A stretch of DNA of 36,540 nt from Naegleria gruberi (lineage: Eukaryota): the NCBI GenBank assembly GCA_000004985.1, contig GG739237.1; one strand, 5' to 3'. The notes below the pieces were generated by a model. That model saw only the letters and a list, made by a program, of their open reading frames with translations, made no database searches and had not been told where the DNA came from. A program made the translations under genes and the position numbers. Numbering within the stretch: position 1 is the first letter of the stretch; the number at the start of each line of letters is the position of its first letter. This document shows, in pieces, positions 19,901-31,900 of this stretch.

Positions 19901-22900
19901 NNNNNNNNNNNNNNNNNNNNNNNNNNNNNNNNNNNNNNNNNNNNNNNNNNNNNNNNNNNNNNNNNNNNNNNNNNNNNNNNNNNNNNNNNNNNNNNNNNNN
20001 NNNNNNNNNNNNNNNNNNNNNNNNNNNNNNNNNNNNNNNNNNNNNNNNNNNNNNNNNNNNNNNNNNNNNNNNNNNNNNNNNNNNNNNNNNNNNNNNNNNN
20101 NNNNNNNNNNNNNNNNNNNNNNNNNNNNNNNNNNNNNNNNNNNNNNNNNNNNNNNNNNNNNNNNNNNNNNNNNNNNNNNNNNNNNNNNNNNNNNNNNNNN
20201 NNNNNNNNNNNNNNNNNNNNNNNNNNNNNNNNNNNNNNNNNNNNNNNNNNNNNNNNNNNNNNNNNNNNNNNNNNNNNNNNNNNNNNNNNNNNNNNNNNNN
20301 NNNNNNNNNNNNNNNNNNNNNNNNNNNNNNNNNNNNNNNNNNNNNNNNNNNNNNNNNNNNNNNNNNNNNNNNNNNNNNNNNNNNNNNNNNNNNNNNNNNN
20401 NNNNNNNNNNNNNNNNNNNNNNNNNNNNNNNNNNNNNNNNNNNNNNNNNNNNNNNNNNNNNNNNNNNNNNNNNNNNNNNNNNNNNNNNNNNNNNNNNNNN
20501 NNNNNNNNNNNNNNNNNNNNNNNNNNNNNNNNNNNNNNNNNNNNNNNNNNNNNNNNNNNNNNNNNNNNNNNNNNNNNNNNNNNNNNNNNNNNNNNNNNNN
20601 NNNNNNNNNNNNNNNNNNNNNNNNNNNNNNNNNNNNNNNNNNNNNNNNNNNNNNNNNNNNNNNNNNNNNNNNNNNNNNNNNNNNNNNNNNNNNNNNNNNN
20701 NNNNNNNNNNNNNNNNNNNNNNNNNNNNNNNNNNNNNNNNNNNNNNNNNNNNNNNNNNNNNNNNNNNNNNNNNNNNNNNNNNNNNNNNNNNNNNNNNNNN
20801 NNNNNNNNNNNNNNNNNNNNNNNNNNNNNNNNNNNNNNNNNNNNNNNNNNNNNNNNNNNNNNNNNNNNNNNNNNNNNNNNNNNNNNNNNNNNNNNNNNNN
20901 NNNNNNNNNNNNNNNNNNNNNNNNNNNNNNNNNNNNNNNNNNNNNNNNNNNNNNNNNNNNNNNNNNNNNNNNNNNNNNNNNNNNNNNNNNNNNNNNNNNN
21001 NNNNNNNNNNNNNNNNNNNNNNNNNNNNNNNNNNNNNNNNNNNNNNNNNNNNNNNNNNNNNNNNNNNNNNNNNNNNNNNNNNNNNNNNNNNNNNNNNNNN
21101 NNNNNNNNNNNNNNNNNNNNNNNNNNNNNNNNNNNNNNNNNNNNNNNNNNNNNNNNNNNNNNNNNNNNNNNNNNNNNNNNNNNNNNNNNNNNNNNNNNNN
21201 NNNNNNNNNNNNNNNNNNNNNNNNNNNNNNNNNNNNNNNNNNNNNNNNNNNNNNNNNNNNNNNNNNNNNNNNNNNNNNNNNNNNNNNNNNNNNNNNNNNN
21301 NNNNNNNNNNNNNNNNNNNNNNNNNNNNNNNNNNNNNNNNNNNNNNNNNNNNNNNNNNNNNNNNNNNNNNNNNNNNNNNNNNNNNNNNNNNNNNNNNNNN
21401 NNNNNNNNNNNNNNNNNNNNNNNNNNNNNNNNNNNNNNNNNNNNNNNNNNNNNNNNNNNNNNNNNNNNNNNNNNNNNNNNNNNNNNNNNNNNNNNNNNNN
21501 NNNNNNNNNNNNNNNNNNNNNNNNNNNNNNNNNNNNNNNNNNNNNNNNNNNNNNNNNNNNNNNNNNNNNNNNNNNNNNNNNNNNNNNNNNNNNNNNNNNN
21601 NNNNNNNNNNNNNNNNNNNNNNNNNNNNNNNNNNNNNNNNNNNNNNNNNNNNNNNNNNNNNNNNNNNNNNNNNNNNNNNNNNNNNNNNNNNNNNNNNNNN
21701 NNNNNNNNNNNNNNNNNNNNNNNNNNNNNNNNNNNNNNNNNNNNNNNNNNNNNNNNNNNNNNNNNNNNNNNNNNNNNNNNNNNNNNNNNNNNNNNNNNNN
21801 NNNNNNNNNNNNNNNNNNNNNNNNNNNNNNNNNNNNNNNNNNNNNNNNNNNNNNNNNNNNNNNNNNNNNNNNNNNNNNNNNNNNNNNNNNNNNNNNNNNN
21901 NNNNNNNNNNNNNNNNNNNNNNNNNNNNNNNNNNNNNNNNNNNNNNNNNNNNNNNNNNNNNNNNNNNNNNNNNNNNNNNNNNNNNNNNNNNNNNNNNNNN
22001 NNNNNNNNNNNNNNNNNNNNNNNNNNNNNNNNNNNNNNNNNNNNNNNNNNNNNNNNNNNNNNNNNNNNNNNNNNNNNNNNNNNNNNNNNNNNNNNNNNNN
22101 NNNNNNNNNNNNNNNNNNNNNNNNNNNNNNNNNNNNNNNNNNNNNNNNNNNNNNNNNNNNNNNNNNNNNNNNNNNNNNNNNNNNNNNNNNNNNNNNNNNN
22201 NNNNNNNNNNNNNNNNNNNNNNNNNNNNNNNNNNNNNNNNNNNNNNNNNNNNNNNNNNNNNNNNNNNNNNNNNNNNNNNNNNNNNNNNNNNNNNNNNNNN
22301 NNNNNNNNNNNNNNNNNNNNNNNNNNNNNNNNNNNNNNNNNNNNNNNNNNNNNNNNNNNNNNNNNNNNNNNNNNNNNNNNNNNNNNNNNNNNNNNNNNNN
22401 NNNNNNNNNNNNNNNNNNNNNNNNNNNNNNNNNNNNNNNNNNNNNNNNNNNNNNNNNNNNNNNNNNNNNNNNNNNNNNNNNNNNNNNNNNNNNNNNNNNN
22501 NNNNNNNNNNNNNNNNNNNNNNNNNNNNNNNNNNNNNNNNNNNNNNNNNNNNNNNNNNNNNNNNNNNNNNNNNNNNNNNNNNNNNNNNNNNNNNNNNNNN
22601 NNNNNNNNNNNNNNNNNNNNNNNNNNNNNNNNNNNNNNNNNNNNNNNNNNNNNNNNNNNNNNNNNNNNNNNNNNNNNNNNNNNNNNNNNNNNNNNNNNNN
22701 NNNNNNNNNNNNNNNNNNNNNNNNNNNNNNNNNNNNNNNNNNNNNNNNNNNNNNNNNNNNNNNNNNNNNNNNNNNNNNNNNNNNNNNNNNNNNNNNNNNN
22801 NNNNNNNNNNNNNNNNNNNNNNNNNNNNNNNNNNNNNNNNNNNNNNNNNNNNNNNNNNNNNNNNNNNNNNNNNNNNNNNNNNNNNNNNNNNNNNNNNNNN

Positions 22901-25900
22901 NNNNNNNNNNNNNNNNNNNNNNNNNNNNNNNNNNNNNNNNNNNNNNNNNNNNNNNNNNNNNNNNNNNNNNNNNNNNNNNNNNNNNNNNNNNNNNNNNNNN
23001 NNNNNNNNNNNNNNNNNNNNNNNNNNNNNNNNNNNNNNNNNNNNNNNNNNNNNNNNNNNNNNNNNNNNNNNNNNNNNNNNNNNNNNNNNNNNNNNNNNNN
23101 NNNNNNNNNNNNNNNNNNNNNNNNNNNNNNNNNNNNNNNNNNNNNNNNNNNNNNNNNNNNNNNNNNNNNNNNNNNNNNNNNNNNNNNNNNNNNNNNNNNN
23201 NNNNNNNNNNNNNNNNNNNNNNNNNNNNNNNNNNNNNNNNNNNNNNNNNNNNNNNNNNNNNNNNNNNNNNNNNNNNNNNNNNNNNNNNNNNNNNNNNNNN
23301 NNNNNNNNNNNNNNNNNNNNNNNNNNNNNNNNNNNNNNNNNNNNNNNNNNNNNNNNNNNNNNNNNNNNNNNNNNNNNNNNNNNNNNNNNNNNNNNNNNNN
23401 NNNNNNNNNNNNNNNNNNNNNNNNNNNNNNNNNNNNNNNNNNNNNNNNNNNNNNNNNNNNNNNNNNNNNNNNNNNNNNNNNNNNNNNNNNNNNNNNNNNN
23501 NNNNNNNNNNNNNNNNNNNNNNNNNNNNNNNNNNNNNNNNNNNNNNNNNNNNNNNNNNNNNNNNNNNNNNNNNNNNNNNNNNNNNNNNNNNNNNNNNNNN
23601 NNNNNNNNNNNNNNNNNNNNNNNNNNNNNNNNNNNNNNNNNNNNNNNNNNNNNNNNNNNNNNNNNNNNNNNNNNNNNNNNNNNNNNNNNNNNNNNNNNNN
23701 NNNNNNNNNNNNNNNNNNNNNNNNNNNNNNNNNNNNNNNNNNNNNNNNNNNNNNNNNNNNNNNNNNNNNNNNNNNNNNNNNNNNNNNNNNNNNNNNNNNN
23801 NNNNNNNNNNNNNNNNNNNNNNNNNNNNNNNNNNNNNNNNNNNNNNNNNNNNNNNNNNNNNNNNNNNNNNNNNNNNNNNNNNNNNNNNNNNNNNNNNNNN
23901 NNNNNNNNNNNNNNNNNNNNNNNNNNNNNNNNNNNNNNNNNNNNNNNNNNNNNNNNNNNNNNNNNNNNNNNNNNNNNNNNNNNNNNNNNNNNNNNNNNNN
24001 NNNNNNNNNNNNNNNNNNNNNNNNNNNNNNNNNNNNNNNNNNNNNNNNNNNNNNNNNNNNNNNNNNNNNNNNNNNNNNNNNNNNNNNNNNNNNNNNNNNN
24101 NNNNNNNNNNNNNNNNNNNNNNNNNNNNNNNNNNNNNNNNNNNNNNNNNNNNNNNNNNNNNNNNNNNNNNNNNNNNNNNNNNNNNNNNNNNNNNNNNNNN
24201 NNNNNNNNNNNNNNNNNNNNNNNNNNNNNNNNNNNNNNNNNNNNNNNNNNNNNNNNNNNNNNNNNNNNNNNNNNNNNNNNNNNNNNNNNNNNNNNNNNNN
24301 NNNNNNNNNNNNNNNNNNNNNNNNNNNNNNNNNNNNNNNNNNNNNNNNNNNNNNNNNNNNNNNNNNNNNNNNNNNNNNNNNNNNNNNNNNNNNNNNNNNN
24401 NNNNNNNNNNNNNNNNNNNNNNNNNNNNNNNNNNNNNNNNNNNNNNNNNNNNNNNNNNNNNNNNNNNNNNNNNNNNNNNNNNNNNNNNNNNNNNNNNNNN
24501 NNNNNNNNNNNNNNNNNNNNNNNNNNNNNNNNNNNNNNNNNNNNNNNNNNNNNNNNNNNNNNNNNNNNNNNNNNNNNNNNNNNNNNNNNNNNNNNNNNNN
24601 NNNNNNNNNNNNNNNNNNNNNNNNNNNNNNNNNNNNNNNNNNNNNNNNNNNNNNNNNNNNNNNNNNNNNNNNNNNNNNNNNNNNNNNNNNNNNNNNNNNN
24701 NNNNNNNNNNNNNNNNNNNNNNNNNNNNNNNNNNNNNNNNNNNNNNNNNNNNNNNNNNNNNNNNNNNNNNNNNNNNNNNNNNNNNNNNNNNNNNNNNNNN
24801 NNNNNNNNNNNNNNNNNNNNNNNNNNNNNNNNNNNNNNNNNNNNNNNNNNNNNNNNNNNNNNNNNNNNNNNNNNNNNNNNNNNNNNNNNNNNNNNNNNNN
24901 NNNNNNNNNNNNNNNNNNNNNNNNNNNNNNNNNNNNNNNNNNNNNNNNNNNNNNNNNNNNNNNNNNNNNNNNNNNNNNNNNNNNNNNNNNNNNNNNNNNN
25001 NNNNNNNNNNNNNNNNNNNNNNNNNNNNNNNNNNNNNNNNNNNNNNNNNNNNNNNNNNNNNNNNNNNNNNNNNNNNNNNNNNNNNNNNNNNNNNNNNNNN
25101 NNNNNNNNNNNNNNNNNNNNNNNNNNNNNNNNNNNNNNNNNNNNNNNNNNNNNNNNNNNNNNNNNNNNNNNNNNNNNNNNNNNNNNNNNNNNNNNNNNNN
25201 NNNNNNNNNNNNNNNNNNNNNNNNNNNNNNNNNNNNNNNNNNNNNNNNNNNNNNNNNNNNNNNNNNNNNNNNNNNNNNNNNNNNNNNNNNNNNNNNNNNN
25301 NNNNNNNNNNNNNNNNNNNNNNNNNNNNNNNNNNNNNNNNNNNNNNNNNNNNNNNNNNNNNNNNNNNNNNNNNNNNNNNNNNNNNNNNNNNNNNNNNNNN
25401 NNNNNNNNNNNNNNNNNNNNNNNNNNNNNNNNNNNNNNNNNNNNNNNNNNNNNNNNNNNNNNNNNNNNNNNNNNNNNNNNNNNNNNNNNNNNNNNNNNNN
25501 NNNNNNNNNNNNNNNNNNNNNNNNNNNNNNNNNNNNNNNNNNNNNNNNNNNNNNNNNNNNNNNNNNNNNNNNNNNNNNNNNNNNNNNNNNNNNNNNNNNN
25601 NNNNNNNNNNNNNNNNNNNNNNNNNNNNNNNNNNNNNNNNNNNNNNNNNNNNNNNNNNNNNNNNNNNNNNNNNNNNNNNNNNNNNNNNNNNNNNNNNNNN
25701 NNNNNNNNNNNNNNNNNNNNNNNNNNNNNNNNNNNNNNNNNNNNNNNNNNNNNNNNNNNNNNNNNNNNNNNNNNNNNNNNNNNNNNNNNNNNNNNNNNNN
25801 NNNNNNNNNNNNNNNNNNNNNNNNNNNNNNNNNNNNNNNNNNNNNNNNNNNNNNNNNNNNNNNNNNNNNNNNNNNNNNNNNNNNNNNNNNNNNNNNNNNN

Positions 25901-28900
25901 NNNNNNNNNNNNNNNNNNNNNNNNNNNNNNNNNNNNNNNNNNNNNNNNNNNNNNNNNNNNNNNNNNNNNNNNNNNNNNNNNNNNNNNNNNNNNNNNNNNN
26001 NNNNNNNNNNNNNNNNNNNNNNNNNNNNNNNNNNNNNNNNNNNNNNNNNNNNNNNNNNNNNNNNNNNNNNNNNNNNNNNNNNNNNNNNNNNNNNNNNNNN
26101 NNNNNNNNNNNNNNNNNNNNNNNNNNNNNNNNNNNNNNNNNNNNNNNNNNNNNNNNNNNNNNNNNNNNNNNNNNNNNNNNNNNNNNNNNNNNNNNNNNNN
26201 NNNNNNNNNNNNNNNNNNNNNNNNNNNNNNNNNNNNNNNNNNNNNNNNNNNNNNNNNNNNNNNNNNNNNNNNNNNNNNNNNNNNNNNNNNNNNNNNNNNN
26301 NNNNNNNNNNNNNNNNNNNNNNNNNNNNNNNNNNNNNNNNNNNNNNNNNNNNNNNNNNNNNNNNNNNNNNNNNNNNNNNNNNNNNNNNNNNNNNNNNNNN
26401 NNNNNNNNNNNNNNNNNNNNNNNNNNNNNNNNNNNNNNNNNNNNNNNNNNNNNNNNNNNNNNNNNNNNNNNNNNNNNNNNNNNNNNNNNNNNNNNNNNNN
26501 NNNNNNNNNNNNNNNNNNNNNNNNNNNNNNNNNNNNNNNNNNNNNNNNNNNNNNNNNNNNNNNNNNNNNNNNNNNNNNNNNNNNNNNNNNNNNNNNNNNN
26601 NNNNNNNNNNNNNNNNNNNNNNNNNNNNNNNNNNNNNNNNNNNNNNNNNNNNNNNNNNNNNNNNNNNNNNNNNNNNNNNNNNNNNNNNNNNNNNNNNNNN
26701 NNNNNNNNNNNNNNNNNNNNNNNNNNNNNNNNNNNNNNNNNNNNNNNNNNNNNNNNNNNNNNNNNNNNNNNNNNNNNNNNNNNNNNNNNNNNNNNNNNNN
26801 NNNNNNNNNNNNNNNNNNNNNNNNNNNNNNNNNNNNNNNNNNNNNNNNNNNNNNNNNNNNNNNNNNNNNNNNNNNNNNNNNNNNNNNNNNNNNNNNNNNN
26901 NNNNNNNNNNNNNNNNNNNNNNNNNNNNNNNNNNNNNNNNNNNNNNNNNNNNNNNNNNNNNNNNNNNNNNNNNNNNNNNNNNNNNNNNNNNNNNNNNNNN
27001 NNNNNNNNNNNNNNNNNNNNNNNNNNNNNNNNNNNNNNNNNNNNNNNNNNNNNNNNNNNNNNNNNNNNNNNNNNNNNNNNNNNNNNNNNNNNNNNNNNNN
27101 NNNNNNNNNNNNNNNNNNNNNNNNNNNNNNNNNNNNNNNNNNNNNNNNNNNNNNNNNNNNNNNNNNNNNNNNNNNNNNNNNNNNNNNNNNNNNNNNNNNN
27201 NNNNNNNNNNNNNNNNNNNNNNNNNNNNNNNNNNNNNNNNNNNNNNNNNNNNNNNNNNNNNNNNNNNNNNNNNNNNNNNNNNNNNNNNNNNNNNNNNNNN
27301 NNNNNNNNNNNNNNNNNNNNNNNNNNNNNNNNNNNNNNNNNNNNNNNNNNNNNNNNNNNNNNNNNNNNNNNNNNNNNNNNNNNNNNNNNNNNNNNNNNNN
27401 NNNNNNNNNNNNNNNNNNNNNNNNNNNNNNNNNNNNNNNNNNNNNNNNNNNNNNNNNNNNNNNNNNNNNNNNNNNNNNNNNNNNNNNNNNNNNNNNNNNN
27501 NNNNNNNNNNNNNNNNNNNNNNNNNNNNNNNNNNNNNNNNNNNNNNNNNNNNNNNNNNNNNNNNNNNNNNNNNNNNNNNNNNNNNNNNNNNNNNNNNNNN
27601 NNNNNNNNNNNNNNNNNNNNNNNNNNNNNNNNNNNNNNNNNNNNNNNNNNNNNNNNNNNNNNNNNNNNNNNNNNNNNNNNNNNNNNNNNNNNNNNNNNNN
27701 NNNNNNNNNNNNNNNNNNNNNNNNNNNNNNNNNNNNNNNNNNNNNNNNNNNNNNNNNNNNNNNNNNNNNNNNNNNNNNNNNNNNNNNNNNNNNNNNNNNN
27801 NNNNNNNNNNNNNNNNNNNNNNNNNNNNNNNNNNNNNNNNNNNNNNNNNNNNNNNNNNNNNNNNNNNNNNNNNNNNNNNNNNNNNNNNNNNNNNNNNNNN
27901 NNNNNNNNNNNNNNNNNNNNNNNNNNNNNNNNNNNNNNNNNNNNNNNNNNNNNNNNNNNNNNNNNNNNNNNNNNNNNNNNNNNNNNNNNNNNNNNNNNNN
28001 NNNNNNNNNNNNNNNNNNNNNNNNNNNNNNNNNNNNNNNNNNNNNNNNNNNNNNNNNNNNNNNNNNNNNNNNNNNNNNNNNNNNNNNNNNNNNNNNNNNN
28101 NNNNNNNNNNNNNNNNNNNNNNNNNNNNNNNNNNNNNNNNNNNNNNNNNNNNNNNNNNNNNNNNNNNNNNNNNNNNNNNNNNNNNNNNNNNNNNNNNNNN
28201 NNNNNNNNNNNNNNNNNNNNNNNNNNNNNNNNNNNNNNNNNNNNNNNNNNNNNNNNNNNNNNNNNNNNNNNNNNNNNNNNNNNNNNNNNNNNNNNNNNNN
28301 NNNNNNNNNNNNNNNNNNNNNNNNNNNNNNNNNNNNNNNNNNNNNNNNNNNNNNNNNNNNNNNNNNNNNNNNNNNNNNNNNNNNNNNNNNNNNNNNNNNN
28401 NNNNNNNNNNNNNNNNNNNNNNNNNNNNNNNNNNNNNNNNNNNNNNNNNNNNNNNNNNNNNNNNNNNNNNNNNNNNNNNNNNNNNNNNNNNNNNNNNNNN
28501 NNNNNNNNNNNNNNNNNNNNNNNNNNNNNNNNNNNNNNNNNNNNNNNNNNNNNNNNNNNNNNNNNNNNNNNNNNNNNNNNNNNNNNNNNNNNNNNNNNNN
28601 NNNNNNNNNNNNNNNNNNNNNNNNNNNNNNNNNNNNNNNNNNNNNNNNNNNNNNNNNNNNNNNNNNNNNNNNNNNNNNNNNNNNNNNNNNNNNNNNNNNN
28701 NNNNNNNNNNNNNNNNNNNNNNNNNNNNNNNNNNNNNNNNNNNNNNNNNNNNNNNNNNNNNNNNNNNNNNNNNNNNNNNNNNNNNNNNNNNNNNNNNNNN
28801 NNNNNNNNNNNNNNNNNNNNNNNNNNNNNNNNNNNNNNNNNNNNNNNNNNNNNNNNNNNNNNNNNNNNNNNNNNNNNNNNNNNNNNNNNNNNNNNNNNNN

Positions 28901-31900
28901 NNNNNNNNNNNNNNNNNNNNNNNNNNNNNNNNNNNNNNNNNNNNNNNNNNNNNNNNNNNNNNNNNNNNNNNNNNNNNNNNNNNNNNNNNNNNNNNNNNNN
29001 NNNNNNNNNNNNNNNNNNNNNNNNNNNNNNNNNNNNNNNNNNNNNNNNNNNNNNNNNNNNNNNNNNNNNNNNNNNNNNNNNNNNNNNNNNNNNNNNNNNN
29101 NNNNNNNNNNNNNNNNNNNNNNNNNNNNNNNNNNNNNNNNNNNNNNNNNNNNNNNNNNNNNNNNNNNNNNNNNNNNNNNNNNNNNNNNNNNNNNNNNNNN
29201 NNNNNNNNNNNNNNNNNNNNNNNNNNNNNNNNNNNNNNNNNNNNNNNNNNNNNNNNNNNNNNNNNNNNNNNNNNNNNNNNNNNNNNNNNNNNNNNNNNNN
29301 NNNNNNNNNNNNNNNNNNNNNNNNNNNNNNNNNNNNNNNNNNNNNNNNNNNNNNNNNNNNNNNNNNNNNNNNNNNNNNNNNNNNNNNNNNNNNNNNNNNN
29401 NNNNNNNNNNNNNNNNNNNNNNNNNNNNNNNNNNNNNNNNNNNNNNNNNNNNNNNNNNNNNNNNNNNNNNNNNNNNNNNNNNNNNNNNNNNNNNNNNNNN
29501 NNNNNNNNNNNNNNNNNNNNNNNNNNNNNNNNNNNNNNNNNNNNNNNNNNNNNNNNNNNNNNNNNNNNNNNNNNNNNNNNNNNNNNNNNNNNNNNNNNNN
29601 NNNNNNNNNNNNNNNNNNNNNNNNNNNNNNNNNNNNNNNNNNNNNNNNNNNNNNNNNNNNNNNNNNNNNNNNNNNNNNNNNNNNNNNNNNNNNNNNNNNN
29701 NNNNNNNNNNNNNNNNNNNNNNNNNNNNNNNNNNNNNNNNNNNNNNNNNNNNNNNNNNNNNNNNNNNNNNNNNNNNNNNNNNNNNNNNNNNNNNNNNNNN
29801 NNNNNNNNNNNNNNNNNNNNNNNNNNNNNNNNNNNNNNNNNNNNNNNNNNNNNNNNNNNNNNNNNNNNNNNNNNNNNNNNNNNNNNNNNNNNNNNNNNNN
29901 NNNNNNNNNNNNNNNNNNNNNNNNNNNNNNNNNNNNNNNNNNNNNNNNNNNNNNNNNNNNNNNNNNNNNNNNNNNNNNNNNNNNNNNNNNNNNNNNNNNN
30001 NNNNNNNNNNNNNNNNNNNNNNNNNNNNNNNNNNNNNNNNNNNNNNNNNNNNNNNNNNNNNNNNNNNNNNNNNNNNNNNNNNNNNNNNNNNNNNNNNNNN
30101 NNNNNNNNNNNNNNNNNNNNNNNNNNNNNNNNNNNNNNNNNNNNNNNNNNNNNNNNNNNNNNNNNNNNNNNNNNNNNNNNNNNNNNNNNNNNNNNNNNNN
30201 NNNNNNNNNNNNNNNNNNNNNNNNNNNNNNNNNNNNNNNNNNNNNNNNNNNNNNNNNNNNNNNNNNNNNNNNNNNNNNNNNNNNNNNNNNNNNNNNNNNN
30301 NNNNNNNNNNNNNNNNNNNNNNNNNNNNNNNNNNNNNNNNNNNNNNNNNNNNNNNNNNNNNNNNNNNNNNNNNNNNNNNNNNNNNNNNNNNNNNNNNNNN
30401 NNNNNNNNNNNNNNNNNNNNNNNNNNNNNNNNNNNNNNNNNNNNNNNNNNNNNNNNNNNNNNNNNNNNNNNNNNNNNNNNNNNNNNNNNNNNNNNNNNNN
30501 NNNNNNNNNNNNNNNNNNNNNNNNNNNNNNNNNNNNNNNNNNNNNNNNNNNNNNNNNNNNNNNNNNNNNNNNNNNNNNNNNNNNNNNNNNNNNNNNNNNN
30601 NNNNNNNNNNNNNNNNNNNNNNNNNNNNNNNNNNNNNNNNNNNNNNNNNNNNNNNNNNNNNNNNNNNNNNNNNNNNNNNNNNNNNNNNNNNNNNNNNNNN
30701 NNNNNNNNNNNNNNNNNNNNNNNNNNNNNNNNNNNNNNNNNNNNNNNNNNNNNNNNNNNNNNNNNNNNNNNNNNNNNNNNNNNNNNNNNNNNNNNNNNNN
30801 NNNNNNNNNNNNNNNNNNNNNNNNNNNNNNNNNNNNNNNNNNNNNNNNNNNNNNNNNNNNNNNNNNNNNNNNNNNNNNNNNNNNNNNNNNNNNNNNNNNN
30901 NNNNNNNNNNNNNNNNNNNNNNNNNNNNNNNNNNNNNNNNNNNNNNNNNNNNNNNNNNNNNNNNNNNNNNNNNNNNNNNNNNNNNNNNNNNNNNNNNNNN
31001 NNNNNNNNNNNNNNNNNNNNNNNNNNNNNNNNNNNNNNNNNNNNNNNNNNNNNNNNNNNNNNNNNNNNNNNNNNNNNNNNNNNNNNNNNNNNNNNNNNNN
31101 NNNNNNNNNNNNNNNNNNNNNNNNNNNNNNNNNNNNNNNNNNNNNNNNNNNNNNNNNNNNNNNNNNNNNNNNNNNNNNNNNNNNNNNNNNNNNNNNNNNN
31201 NNNNNNNNNNNNNNNNNNNNNNNNNNNNNNNNNNNNNNNNNNNNNNNNNNNNNNNNNNNNNNNNNNNNNNNNNNNNNNNNNNNNNNNNNNNNNNNNNNNN
31301 NNNNNNNNNNNNNNNNNNNNNNNNNNNNNNNNNNNNNNNNNNNNNNNNNNNNNNNNNNNNNNNNNNNNNNNNNNNNNNNNNNNNNNNNNNNNNNNNNNNN
31401 NNNNNNNNNNNNNNNNNNNNNNNNNNNNNNNNNNNNNNNNNNNNNNNNNNNNNNNNNNNNNNNNNNNNNNNNNNNNNNNNNNNNNNNNNNNNNNNNNNNN
31501 NNNNNNNNNNNNNNNNNNNNNNNNNNNNNNNNNNNNNNNNNNNNNNNNNNNNNNNNNNNNNNNNNNNNNNNNNNNNNNNNNNNNNNNNNNNNNNNNNNNN
31601 NNNNNNNNNNNNNNNNNNNNNNNNNNNNNNNNNNNNNNNNNNNNNNNNNNNNNNNNNNNNNNNNNNNNNNNNNNNNNNNNNNNNNNNNNNNNNNNNNNNN
31701 NNNNNNNNNNNNNNNNNNNNNNNNNNNNNNNNNNNNNNNNNNNNNNNNNNNNNNNNNNNNNNNNNNNNNNNNNNNNNNNNNNNNNNNNNNNNNNNNNNNN
31801 NNNNNNNNNNNNNNNNNNNNNNNNNNNNNNNNNNNNNNNNNNNNNNNNNNNNNNNNNNNNNNNNNNNNNNNNNNNNNNNNNNNNNNNNNNNNNNNNNNNN